A stretch of 64,000 nucleotides of DNA, from IMG/VR virus record IMGVR_UViG_3300031857_000029; one strand, given 5' to 3'. Of this stretch, positions 30,302-39,337 are shown piece by piece. The translations under genes were made by a program, and so were the position numbers. Under the pieces are notes generated by a model, which saw only the letters and a list, made by a program, of their open reading frames with translations, was not told where the DNA came from and did not search any database. The DNA is from a virus. Numbering within the stretch: position 1 is the first letter of the stretch; each line of letters opens with the position of its first letter.

Positions 30302-30547
30302 ATGGAAATTAAAAAAGAAATATTCAAAAGAGTACCACCAGGCGACCGTTGGGTAGCAGTTGACAACCCTGATGGACGGGTGTATACTCCATTAACCGAG
30401 GCGTTGGAACATTATTTCCAAGAGCACGGGACAAAACAGTATTACATAGACGCTGGAGCTGGTATTATATATAAGGTAGAAACCGCACCAGAACCTACGC
30501 CGGTTATTAAACAATTCTCCATCTATGGAGAATACAATATTACATAA
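30302..30547 (+). CDS. hypothetical protein
   Basis: ORF in operon. Confidence 0.6.
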   Translation: MEIKKEIFKRVPPGDRWVAVDNPDGRVYTPLTEALEHYFQEHGTKQYYIDAGAGIIYKVETAPEPTPVIKQFSIYGEYNIT

Positions 30548-30555
30548 GAGGTTAT

Positions 30556-31236
30556 ATGACAGTTAATTTGATTTCATTTACGGTTCCCTGTATTGATGAA
30601 ATACCCCTTGATTCTGATATCGTAGATTTGGTTGCCTATTGTGCGCGAGTCAGTAATCCTAGCAATCAACTTAATACAGAAACATCTGATAAGTTAATTA
30701 AATATCTAATCAAACATAAGCATTGGTCACCATTTGAAATGGCAAATGCTGTACTGGAAATTGAAACGACCCGTGATATCGCTCGACAAATATTACGACA
30801 TCGTTCGTTTACCTTCCAAGAGTTCAGTCAACGGTATGCCGACCCCGTAAAGGAGTTAGACTTTACTTTACGAGAAGCGCGATTGCAAGACCAAAAGAAT
30901 CGTCAGAACTCTATTGAAATAAACGATAAGAATTTACAAACTGCGTGGGACATATGCCAACAGGCTGTCATTGACCAAGCAAAGCGTTCATATGAATGGG
31001 CAATCCACAATGGTATTGCAAAGGAAGTTGCCCGTGCAGTGCTTCCGGAAGGACTTACTATGTCCCGTATGTATGTCAACGGTACCATTCGTAGTTGGAT
31101 TCATTATATAGAAATTCGTAGTGATGTCGCTACCCAAAAGGAACATCGGGACATCGCATTGGCTTGTGCAAAAGCGATTGCAGATATCTTCCCGATGATT
31201 ACGGAGTTCACTCATGAAGAAAGTCGGAGCGAATAA
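30556..31236 (+). CDS. thyX: flavin-dependent thymidylate synthase
   Basis: HWSPFE, RQILRHRSFTFQEFSQRY, KEVARAVLP, TQKEHR. Confidence 0.96.
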   Translation: MTVNLISFTVPCIDEIPLDSDIVDLVAYCARVSNPSNQLNTETSDKLIKYLIKHKHWSPFEMANAVLEIETTRDIARQILRHRSFTFQEFSQRYADPVKELDFTLREARLQDQKNRQNSIEINDKNLQTAWDICQQAVIDQAKRSYEWAIHNGIAKEVARAVLPEGLTMSRMYVNGTIRSWIHYIEIRSDVATQKEHRDIALACAKAIADIFPMITEFTHEESRSE

Positions 31237-31864
31237 TAACTCACGATTTGTTCCAATATCGAAAGCAGATATTGAATACGCCCAATCCCAAACCAAAAGT
31301 AATATGGAAGCTGCTAGGTTTCTTGGAGTTGGGTACATGCGGTATCGTCGGTATGCAAAGATATATAATCTGTTTGACAAACACCTCAATCAAACGGGTA
31401 TTGGTACAGCTAAAGGGTATGCAGCTAAAGCCAGTACAATTCCACTAAAGGATGTATTCGCCAATAAACATCCTGGATATAGTTTGATTCGTTTAAAGCA
31501 CAGAATAATTGCCCGTAACTTGATACTGGAAGAGTGTGACCTTTGTGGGTTCAACGAGAAGCGAATCACAGACAGTAAGACGCCACTCCTATTGACCTTC
31601 CGAAATGGGAAAAAGGATTTCACCCAAGACAATCTCCAATTATTATGTTATAATTGTTTGTTCTTGACCACCGGCGCTCCCACGGTTGCTCATAGAGGAT
31701 ATATTGAGAAATCGTTTGAGGAACCCGATAAGATACCTAAGAACTGGCAGGTAGACCATAGAGCGGTTGATGCGGTTGATATTGGGGAAACCGAACCTGA
31801 CAATAATGCGAATGACTTTGCCAGTATGCAGGAAGAAATCTTAAAAGAGTTAGGACGAGACTAA
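31214..31864 (+). CDS. HTH plus degenerate HNH-like zinc protein
   Basis: SNMEAARFLGV; CDLCG...NLQLLCYNC, catalytic His not evident. Confidence 0.6.
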   Translation: MKKVGANNNSRFVPISKADIEYAQSQTKSNMEAARFLGVGYMRYRRYAKIYNLFDKHLNQTGIGTAKGYAAKASTIPLKDVFANKHPGYSLIRLKHRIIARNLILEECDLCGFNEKRITDSKTPLLLTFRNGKKDFTQDNLQLLCYNCLFLTTGAPTVAHRGYIEKSFEEPDKIPKNWQVDHRAVDAVDIGETEPDNNANDFASMQEEILKELGRD

Positions 31865-31902
31865 TTAATAGTTTATAATAAATATCCAAATTAAATAGGG
31901 TG

Positions 31903-31931
31903 TTGACAATAGGCCTCCATTGGGGTATACT
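31903..31931 (+). promoter_or_regulatory. sigma70-like promoter
   Basis: TTGACA-17-TATACT. Confidence 0.75.
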
Positions 31932-31961
31932 TAATGTATAACTCTTATGGAGGTTTATCTA

Positions 31962-32303
31962 ATGGCGAAGGCCAAGGTAGTTCGTAATAAGTCTACATCT
32001 AGAATCACCATGAGTTGTTTCTTTTGCGGTTCGTCCGTGTCCGCAGATGCAGATACACGGGCAGTTCTTTGTTCACGGTGCACTTCCCGACTCGCGGGAA
32101 CACCGACAGAGATAAACAAATTTCCCAAAAGGGAGGTTAGTATGACTGACATTGTTGCTAAGCAGACCAAGGCCCCGAAGGCCGCGAAGACCACCAAGCC
32201 GACCGCCGGTTTCGGTCGTGGGTGGCATCTTCGGAAGGAGTTTACCGCTCCGAATGGTGACCGCTATAGCTTCGGTAAGCTCATCACTGTCGAGCAGAAG
32301 TAA
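31962..32303 (+). CDS. basic zinc-finger protein
   Basis: CFFCG...CSRC, RGWH motif; RBS GGAGG. Confidence 0.65.
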   Translation: MAKAKVVRNKSTSRITMSCFFCGSSVSADADTRAVLCSRCTSRLAGTPTEINKFPKREVSMTDIVAKQTKAPKAAKTTKPTAGFGRGWHLRKEFTAPNGDRYSFGKLITVEQK

Positions 32304-32318
32304 GACTTGACATTTTGG

Positions 32319-32372
32319 AAAACTCCGTTATATTTATGGTACCCAACCCTCTAAATATAGCGGAGTTTTTTC
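32319..32372 (+). terminator. 18-bp inverted repeat/terminator overlapping a promoter
   Basis: AAAACTCCGTTATATTTA ... TAAATATAGCGGAGTTTT plus T tract. Confidence 0.65.
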
Positions 32373-32373
32373 A

Positions 32374-32538
32374 ATGGAATTCGTACAAGAGATAGTCGGT
32401 GAACTACCTCTTTCAGAATTCCGGTCTGTGGCTCAGAAGGTCTTTTTAGGAAACTGGAATGTTGAGTTGTACTACGAAGCGATGGGACTTGATTGGGATG
32501 ATGAAGTGGTGGAAAACGAAAACGACAACCTGAATTAA
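32374..32538 (+). CDS. small acidic protein (54 aa, not in ORF track)
   Basis: MEFVQEIVGELP...; GGAG RBS inside the hairpin arm. Confidence 0.5.
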   Translation: MEFVQEIVGELPLSEFRSVAQKVFLGNWNVELYYEAMGLDWDDEVVENENDNLN

Positions 32539-32550
32539 GGTTGTCGTTTT
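32519..32550. terminator. bidirectional terminator between convergent operons
   Basis: AAAACGACAACCT-GAATTA-AGGTTGTCGTTTT. Confidence 0.8.
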
Positions 32551-32553
32551 TCT

Positions 32554-34644
32554 TTATAGTATCTTTTCTAGTTCTTTGATGACCATATCTGCGGTAATCT
32601 CACGGGAACATTCGAATTGTCTCAGAGTTCCTTTATGATCTGGGCACCAGTTCCAATCGCCTGGGTCAAACTTATGTCGGTTCCAACATCCAGAACATTT
32701 TCCTTTTGGTGCAGATATTCTGATACAATCCTGCATCTCATTGAATGGTTCGGTGAACCCACTTATCATCACGGTTGGTGTTCCCACCGCCCAACTTACC
32801 CAGCTCAATCCACTACTGATACCTATGAATGCCTTTGACCTCTTTAATTCTTCTATAACTTTATCAATAGGTGACCTTGGAAATTGTTCTACCCCAGCAG
32901 GATTTCGGTTTCCCATATATCCATCTTCTTCTTGGGACAGTAGTTTTACGGTATAACCTCGTTCTTTCAACCAGTTTACTACTTCTTGCCACCCAAATGG
33001 ATTATTCCAGTATTTAGATTGGGCAGTAGAGTGTGTGGCTATGGTCACTAACTTGGAATCTGTATTATCTATGTCGGGTTGTTTTACTTTTGGTTGTATT
33101 TCTTTGTATTCTAATCCCAATATATCTGATGCTATTTGCTGTAAAGAAACACTTATCGGGTTGGTTGGGTGTTTATCGCTGTCAAAAGTATTACCTGTAT
33201 GAAATAATCCAATTACGTACATAGCCATAAGATTATGAGCTGTCTCACCTGGGGTGACAAATGTAATTTCTGGATATTCTGATATGAACAAGTCATTCCA
33301 GAAGGTAGAGCATATTACTTCGCAATTATGTTTCTTTCTAAATTCATCTACATAAGGAATCCAGGCAAAAGTATCTCCTAAAGATTTAGAATCCAAAGCA
33401 ATATATACCCGATTTCCTTTTAATTCTAAATTATATGCCATTGACTGTCCCGTATTCTTTTCGGTAATTTCTACGCGCCAATCAACATAATATTTTATAT
33501 TTGGTTTTGCCCAAGAATTACGAGTCAACTCGGTGTTATAAACCACAGTATCGGTTTTCTTATCAATAAACTTTACGGAATATTTTATATCTTGTCCGCC
33601 AAGGATTTCAGCAAACATTCCATTTATACAATTGAAATTAAACTTTCTCACCTGTGACTTCTTTAGTATTGGTGTATTCTTATAGTGATTTATTAATTGT
33701 TTTTTCATAGAAGGTAACTCATTTGTTGTATAGATAGATACTAACTCTTTTGTTCTGTTGTACCAATCTAATAGTTCTGCATGTTTTCTGGCAGAAGTCG
33801 TATATGCCGTGTAATTCTCTATAACACGCTGTATCCCCTGCACAACCGCACCTACTTCCGCCTCTACAATTTCCATACCATCTAAACTATTGTTCTGCTC
33901 AAATGTTCCCACCACTGGTAATCCGCAAGACAAAGCTTCTACCAATGTTAAGTTTGGATGTCCTGCTTCCAACTGAGAAGGATGTAGAAATATACTATGG
34001 TTACGATATACTGTCAATAGTTCTTCTTCTGACAAGTCATATAGAATAGTTAGTTTATCGTATGTTGGTGGATTCTTCTCAAAATAATTTTTATTGTTAG
34101 ATGGACCAGCGATTGTGATTGGGAGTCCCAATCTCTGTGCTGCTTCTATAGCAATACCAAATCCTTTACGGTCAATTGATTGGTCATACGCATACCCATT
34201 ATTAGCCACACATAATAATTTATGAATAGGTCTAGTATCTGGTCCAGAGAAATATAAAGTGTCTACTCCGTGAGAGAAATACTCTGGGATTCCCTCAAAA
34301 TAATCTACAAGGTATTTTGCAGGAACAAACGATTTTATAGAACCCCGCATGGCCTGTAAGTTTTCTTTATATACTGGAGAATCTTTTCCATATAGATACG
34401 CATGGTGGTCGTGAAATGTAAAATAGTAGGGTATACCAACCTCTTGTAGTTCTAATGCTAAATTTGCAATGTGAACATGTACAACATCATGCTCCCCGTG
34501 TTTTACTTCACTTCTATATAATATACGAGATTCGTGATTTAGATTTAATAAGTTCTTATGGGTTTCCCAAATAATCTTTTCTACCGCACCCCACCCATTC
34601 GGAGGAATAGGTATAAGTCCAGGCGTTACATTTACTATTCGCAT
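32554..34644 (-). CDS. GT4 domain fused to TibC/Aah-like protein O-heptosyltransferase domain
   Basis: N-terminal IPP.GWGAVE GT4; C-terminal SLGDTFAWIPY, STAQSKYWNNP.GW, FIG.SSGLSW.SWA, ISGFT, CSGCWN...WCP...FECS. Confidence 0.85.
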   Translation of the reverse strand: MRIVNVTPGLIPIPPNGWGAVEKIIWETHKNLLNLNHESRILYRSEVKHGEHDVVHVHIANLALELQEVGIPYYFTFHDHHAYLYGKDSPVYKENLQAMRGSIKSFVPAKYLVDYFEGIPEYFSHGVDTLYFSGPDTRPIHKLLCVANNGYAYDQSIDRKGFGIAIEAAQRLGLPITIAGPSNNKNYFEKNPPTYDKLTILYDLSEEELLTVYRNHSIFLHPSQLEAGHPNLTLVEALSCGLPVVGTFEQNNSLDGMEIVEAEVGAVVQGIQRVIENYTAYTTSARKHAELLDWYNRTKELVSIYTTNELPSMKKQLINHYKNTPILKKSQVRKFNFNCINGMFAEILGGQDIKYSVKFIDKKTDTVVYNTELTRNSWAKPNIKYYVDWRVEITEKNTGQSMAYNLELKGNRVYIALDSKSLGDTFAWIPYVDEFRKKHNCEVICSTFWNDLFISEYPEITFVTPGETAHNLMAMYVIGLFHTGNTFDSDKHPTNPISVSLQQIASDILGLEYKEIQPKVKQPDIDNTDSKLVTIATHSTAQSKYWNNPFGWQEVVNWLKERGYTVKLLSQEEDGYMGNRNPAGVEQFPRSPIDKVIEELKRSKAFIGISSGLSWVSWAVGTPTVMISGFTEPFNEMQDCIRISAPKGKCSGCWNRHKFDPGDWNWCPDHKGTLRQFECSREITADMVIKELEKIL

Positions 34645-35462
34645 AGTAGGTAGTCCAATACTTCGTTTGTGGATTTTTCTTCCTTAAACCCGTGATATAA
34701 TAGAACTTTACTAGAGTCATGTATATACTCCCAATCAGCTCCAGTTTCGTCTAAATTCTTTCCAAGTCGCGTGTCAGCTACAGCAGACTCTTCAGTTAAT
34801 TTAACAGTATTGATGTCGTGAGTGTTTACGAATATAAATCCTAAACTCTCAGTACCTCCGCGTTTCCAAATACAAACATTAAATGAAGTTTCATCGTGAA
34901 ATGGGTAATACCACTTGCGTCTAGAAATTAGATACTCATTCTTACACATAGAAGTGTATTCTTCAAAGAACTCTTGACAGTTTCTATTGAATACATAGAA
35001 GCACGACCACTGGTATCGCACAGACTTATCTTCTACATTAAAATACTTCATTAATAGCTTTTCATTGTACTCTTGGTAGTTACTTCCATCGGCGTCACGT
35101 GACCAAATAAACGGTAATTCGTGTGGTCCGAACACTCCCAACGCATAGTTGTGATTATGTTTTAGTTTATGAAAGTCCATCCGATGAGAGAAGAGTATGT
35201 CTGTATCTGTGAAGATGAAGTCTTGCTCATCTGGAAACATTTTCATTACATCTAACGACAATTCTGCCTTGTAATAATGGAATGTAGGATAGTTTCTTTC
35301 TGGAATCGGTACTTTTATTAAGTTTTTAGTTTCAAAGGAACTAATGAATCCTATCGTAAAATACACTACTTTAATATCATCGGTCAGATGTGGTTTCATT
35401 GACTTGATACAAGTAATTGCCTGATGTTCGCAAACTTTATTTGTATATAAAAATATAACCAT
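34635..35462 (-). CDS. putative GT-A (GT8-like) glycosyltransferase
   Basis: FTDTDIL, HDETSFN, LYHGFK. Confidence 0.6.
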   Translation of the reverse strand: MVIFLYTNKVCEHQAITCIKSMKPHLTDDIKVVYFTIGFISSFETKNLIKVPIPERNYPTFHYYKAELSLDVMKMFPDEQDFIFTDTDILFSHRMDFHKLKHNHNYALGVFGPHELPFIWSRDADGSNYQEYNEKLLMKYFNVEDKSVRYQWSCFYVFNRNCQEFFEEYTSMCKNEYLISRRKWYYPFHDETSFNVCIWKRGGTESLGFIFVNTHDINTVKLTEESAVADTRLGKNLDETGADWEYIHDSSKVLLYHGFKEEKSTNEVLDYLLCE

Positions 35463-35463
35463 T

Positions 35464-37440
35464 TTACTTTACCTTAGTTGCGAATATACATTCACTTGTT
35501 CCTGCTGCTTCAAATTGATTTGGCTTAAACTCTTCTACCGTGTATCCCATTAATTTTATTTTATTTAACATCGTAGTATATTTTTGTTTGTAATCCTTTT
35601 CGAAGAAATGGCATTCTAAGAAAATATTATTTACATTTTTAAAAACCGATGGGTCTGCGTGTAAGATGATATCGTATTCCGCTCCTTCGATATCAATCTT
35701 CAATAAGTCTATTTCACCGTATGTACTGGTCAATTGCTCTAATGTTACAGTAGGAACTATCTCGGTCACATTACCCTTTACTCCAGCCATATGTGATTCC
35801 AGTCTATCAGGAGATAAGGTACTACTGATAACTGGATTATCTGGTGAATGGTAGAATGTGATTGGCTCTGGTGAATGGTGTAGTGCCTTTGCCAAAACAG
35901 TAACCGTAGTATTATGTTTAAAGTTTCTTTGTAAGTCTTTCAATGCTTTCTTGTCACATTCAATCGCAACAATCTTCTTGGCAAAATCATTCATTAACAT
36001 ATATGAACTGAATACGCCTACATTTGCACCAGCGTCAACAACGGTTTTATATGGCTTGTTTAACCACTTACCGTATTTTTGGTGAACAAAGTATTCTAAG
36101 AAATTAAATTGGTATGGGACAGAATTACTGAGGGTCAGTGTAGGCAAGTTAACATATGTGTGTACATATGGATGCTCATACAACTGCTCTCCCGTTTCGT
36201 TGTTATAAATGCAAAGCTTAACCCCCATAAAGTTAGGGTCATGTTCATATGAATGTACATGCTTATCAACCGGACGCATCCAATATTCAATATATGGTGC
36301 TAAGGAATCCATTACCGATGACCAGAGTACCGCATTAGATTTATATTCTTTTAATGAAATTAATATTGGAAAATCTATTGGTTGGTCTACCGAATAATAT
36401 ATTTGTTGTTCTTGTAGACTCCATCGAGATGTAAACTTATGATTTGATTTCATTTTTATAGAGGGTGTGGGTACATAGTCTTTTACTAACTTTTCTGCAA
36501 TACGATATGCATTCTTCTGCAAATCTTCTGTAAGATACTCAATTGTTTCGTATTTGTCAAAGTATCCCATATAAACTGGAAGATTGTAAATCAATGACGG
36601 CACCTTCCACCCTAATGATTCTCGGATGACAAGGGGCATAGTTTCCATATCAGTTGCGTGACCACGGGAGGTAAATAGGAATAAGTCTGCGGCTTCATAA
36701 AAGTTATCCACATCTGTCCGTTCATTCCACCACTTACAGTTTGATGGAAAGTCTTTCATCAGTGGTCCCCAATAGAATTTGAAGTTGTCAGCTTGATTCC
36801 CAATGAAATGGAACTGAATCGGGTAATTTTGTAACACCCGTGCATATTCAATAATCTCCGCTTGGTTCTTACGGGGAGTAAACAATCCTACATTAATTAC
36901 ATGCTTAAGATTGGGGTCCAGTCCAAGGTCACGAAGTGCTTGTTCTCTGGTCTTGGTTCTGACTTTATTCTCAATAGGATATTCGACCACATCGCATGGG
37001 ATGTCAAACTTTTTATATAGGTTTTCTTGATACTTACTCACCATCAAGAACTTATCTGGCAAATACACTTTGTTGTCTGTATTATATCCAGAATCGTGTG
37101 AGGTTTCTATAATAGAATAGTTTCTATCGGATGAATACAGTTTATCTGCCACATCTCCTTGCATGAACAGTTCGGGGATTTCTTGTAGATGAATAATGTC
37201 TGGCTGAATTTTCTTAATTACATCGAAAAGTTCATGCTTATTTTCCCCAAGGGTAATCAATCGGTCACCTAATAGATTGACTACTTTGTTACGCTGGACA
37301 ACAAGAACCCCACCTGTCACATTACCCCATTCAACACAATAGACCTCACAATCATCCTTAATGAGTTCTATTTGTTTGACGAGGTATTGGGGCATTCCGC
37401 CCGTTGACAGATGGGGTGCAATAAAAACCACTTTTTTCAT
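35464..37440 (-). CDS. GT4 glycosyltransferase fused to FkbM methyltransferase
   Basis: HLSTGGMPQY, GLFTPRKNQ, ETMPLVIRE; DAGANVG, LKIDIEGAE. Confidence 0.85.
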   Translation of the reverse strand: MKKVVFIAPHLSTGGMPQYLVKQIELIKDDCEVYCVEWGNVTGGVLVVQRNKVVNLLGDRLITLGENKHELFDVIKKIQPDIIHLQEIPELFMQGDVADKLYSSDRNYSIIETSHDSGYNTDNKVYLPDKFLMVSKYQENLYKKFDIPCDVVEYPIENKVRTKTREQALRDLGLDPNLKHVINVGLFTPRKNQAEIIEYARVLQNYPIQFHFIGNQADNFKFYWGPLMKDFPSNCKWWNERTDVDNFYEAADLFLFTSRGHATDMETMPLVIRESLGWKVPSLIYNLPVYMGYFDKYETIEYLTEDLQKNAYRIAEKLVKDYVPTPSIKMKSNHKFTSRWSLQEQQIYYSVDQPIDFPILISLKEYKSNAVLWSSVMDSLAPYIEYWMRPVDKHVHSYEHDPNFMGVKLCIYNNETGEQLYEHPYVHTYVNLPTLTLSNSVPYQFNFLEYFVHQKYGKWLNKPYKTVVDAGANVGVFSSYMLMNDFAKKIVAIECDKKALKDLQRNFKHNTTVTVLAKALHHSPEPITFYHSPDNPVISSTLSPDRLESHMAGVKGNVTEIVPTVTLEQLTSTYGEIDLLKIDIEGAEYDIILHADPSVFKNVNNIFLECHFFEKDYKQKYTTMLNKIKLMGYTVEEFKPNQFEAAGTSECIFATKVK

Positions 37441-37472
37441 ATGTATAAAACCTTTAATTAAAAGTTAATATG

Positions 37473-38726
37473 TTATGGGCATGTACCAGTTGATACAACA
37501 GCGCCACCGTCCCAACTAATATAACCAACGCCACTTGGACCGCCTGGATCTCTGTAATATCCGGCCGATGCGTAAGTACCAGTTTTGTTACTGAATAATT
37601 GTAGTGTTCCTGCTATGGTACCTGCTCCATCGTTATAGAACACCGTAGTAGTTGTTGCAGCACATACTTCGTTGGTTGTAGCATACGGACCAATACCCGT
37701 AATAGCATATACTCTGATTATTTGTACTGCGTTTTCTAAATTATTAGTAACAACTGTACTAGTGTGCGCAGGTATGGTTGCATCTCTGAACTGTACACTA
37801 CTTTCTATATTGTACTGTGCTCCCGGCCACGACAAACTGTACAAATTTGCAGTAAGACTTGCACTGTAATATGGAAGGTTGTTTGTCGGACTAAGTGGTG
37901 GGTCCGTCACGGTCACATTTATTGTATCAATAGTTACAAGATTATCTGACCGTATTGTTTTGAAATACAGTAATGCGTCTCCTGCTCTATCTGACAAAAA
38001 TTCAGGAGTCCATTGAAGTACTACATACAATGGGTCACCTGCTTCTAAGAAAATTTTGGGAGGATTATCATTATTTGCTACCGGGAACTTATAAGTAAAA
38101 GTTTGTGGTTGACCCGGCGTAAAGTCATCCCACGCAAAATAATTTAAATCCACATCATGCCAAAGACCATGTAGTGTGCGACCCGGATTCGTTCCTAATC
38201 TGGTATACGGACTACCATCTTCAGTAAATGGTGGGGCTATCGGTGTTAGTCCACTTTTAGTTTTTTTAATAGAGGTTAAAACATTGTTAAGTGCATCACC
38301 TGCTTCGGTATACAAAGTATCACTAATGGTGCCGCCGTCGGCGGGTGAAGCTGCGGTTAAGTTACCATCATCAGTAAAGATTGATGAGGTTGGTCTTGTT
38401 CTAAAATCCGCAGGATACGCTACTCCTGGAATTGCCGTAGTTTTGTATACATTCGTCCACGACAAGTTTCCACCACCACGTGTAATGTTGTTTACATTAC
38501 CGGCGGTATTTGATTGTGGAATGATTGGACCTTGTGTCGGGTCTTTATTAACACCGTCGAGTTGTGCTTGCATGGCATTTGACAAAGCTTCTCGCTTTGT
38601 CACCAAAACCGCATTCGATGATGTAGTGGACCCAATAACTCTTCTTTCAAAAAAGTTTGCTGTTGAGGCTGTTCCTCCTAATGTGGCCTCAACTCCGTGG
38701 TCAAATCGTGCATAATATCTAGCCAT
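37473..38726 (-). CDS. probable virion structural/tail-associated protein
   Basis: Thr/Gly-rich, beta-rich; ends GAVVSTGTCP; downstream of the fibre genes. Confidence 0.55.
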   Translation of the reverse strand: MARYYARFDHGVEATLGGTASTANFFERRVIGSTTSSNAVLVTKREALSNAMQAQLDGVNKDPTQGPIIPQSNTAGNVNNITRGGGNLSWTNVYKTTAIPGVAYPADFRTRPTSSIFTDDGNLTAASPADGGTISDTLYTEAGDALNNVLTSIKKTKSGLTPIAPPFTEDGSPYTRLGTNPGRTLHGLWHDVDLNYFAWDDFTPGQPQTFTYKFPVANNDNPPKIFLEAGDPLYVVLQWTPEFLSDRAGDALLYFKTIRSDNLVTIDTINVTVTDPPLSPTNNLPYYSASLTANLYSLSWPGAQYNIESSVQFRDATIPAHTSTVVTNNLENAVQIIRVYAITGIGPYATTNEVCAATTTTVFYNDGAGTIAGTLQLFSNKTGTYASAGYYRDPGGPSGVGYISWDGGAVVSTGTCP

Positions 38727-38753
38727 ATTGAATACTCTCTGTATTAATTATTA

Positions 38754-38782
38754 ATTATAATACTTCTATAAATATCTGTCAA
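38754..38782 (-). promoter_or_regulatory. consensus sigma70 promoter with nested TATTTATA motif
   Basis: Minus strand TTGACA-GATATTTATAGAAGTAT-TATAAT. Confidence 0.7.
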
Positions 38783-38800
38783 GTGTACATTTGTATTTGT

Positions 38801-39334
38801 TTAACATGCTGATGTATCGCAAAAACCATTACAGCATGCACCAGAACAACAGGTTGAACCATCAATACAAGCGTCCCCCAGCGGAGAACACAGCGTACAG
38901 ATTTCAGTCGCAGTTATAGTACCATTAGTAAAGGTATAACAAGTTTGTCCAGAGAATGTACCACCAGAACATGCGGTTGGAGGAATAAACTTAGTGTTTA
39001 TCAAGGTAGTACATACATTATCGCCCGTATAATATAATGAATTAAAACTATATACTGAAACGTTGCAACTTACTGCACCATTACATATATTATAACAAGT
39101 GTCCCCAGTTTTACCATCTGCAAAGAACGAAGCCTTTTTACTGTGGTCGTAACTCCACCATTCACTTATTGCATCTGGATTGGTTGGTGTTGGATATGGA
39201 TTTTCACAGTTTTGAATTGGACTAAAAAACCCATCCGCTGCGCGACCAATATCAAAACCAGGCTGTGAAGGCACACCAAGTTCTATTCTTATTTGATTAA
39301 AACTAATTAAATTCCCAGTACTTGGTAATACCAT
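38801..39334 (-). CDS. fibre-tip adhesin-like protein with Cys-rich knottin C-terminus
   Basis: N-terminal LPSTG.ISF.QIR.ELG...ISEWWSY; 16 Cys; C-x6-C-x5-CC-x3-C-x4-C. Confidence 0.65.
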   Translation of the reverse strand: MVLPSTGNLISFNQIRIELGVPSQPGFDIGRAADGFFSPIQNCENPYPTPTNPDAISEWWSYDHSKKASFFADGKTGDTCYNICNGAVSCNVSVYSFNSLYYTGDNVCTTLINTKFIPPTACSGGTFSGQTCYTFTNGTITATEICTLCSPLGDACIDGSTCCSGACCNGFCDTSAC

Positions 39335-39337
39335 AAC

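Noticed and set aside
31214-31864. Active HNH homing endonuclease or intron next to thyX
   Set aside because: Catalytic His not evident and thyX is uninterrupted.
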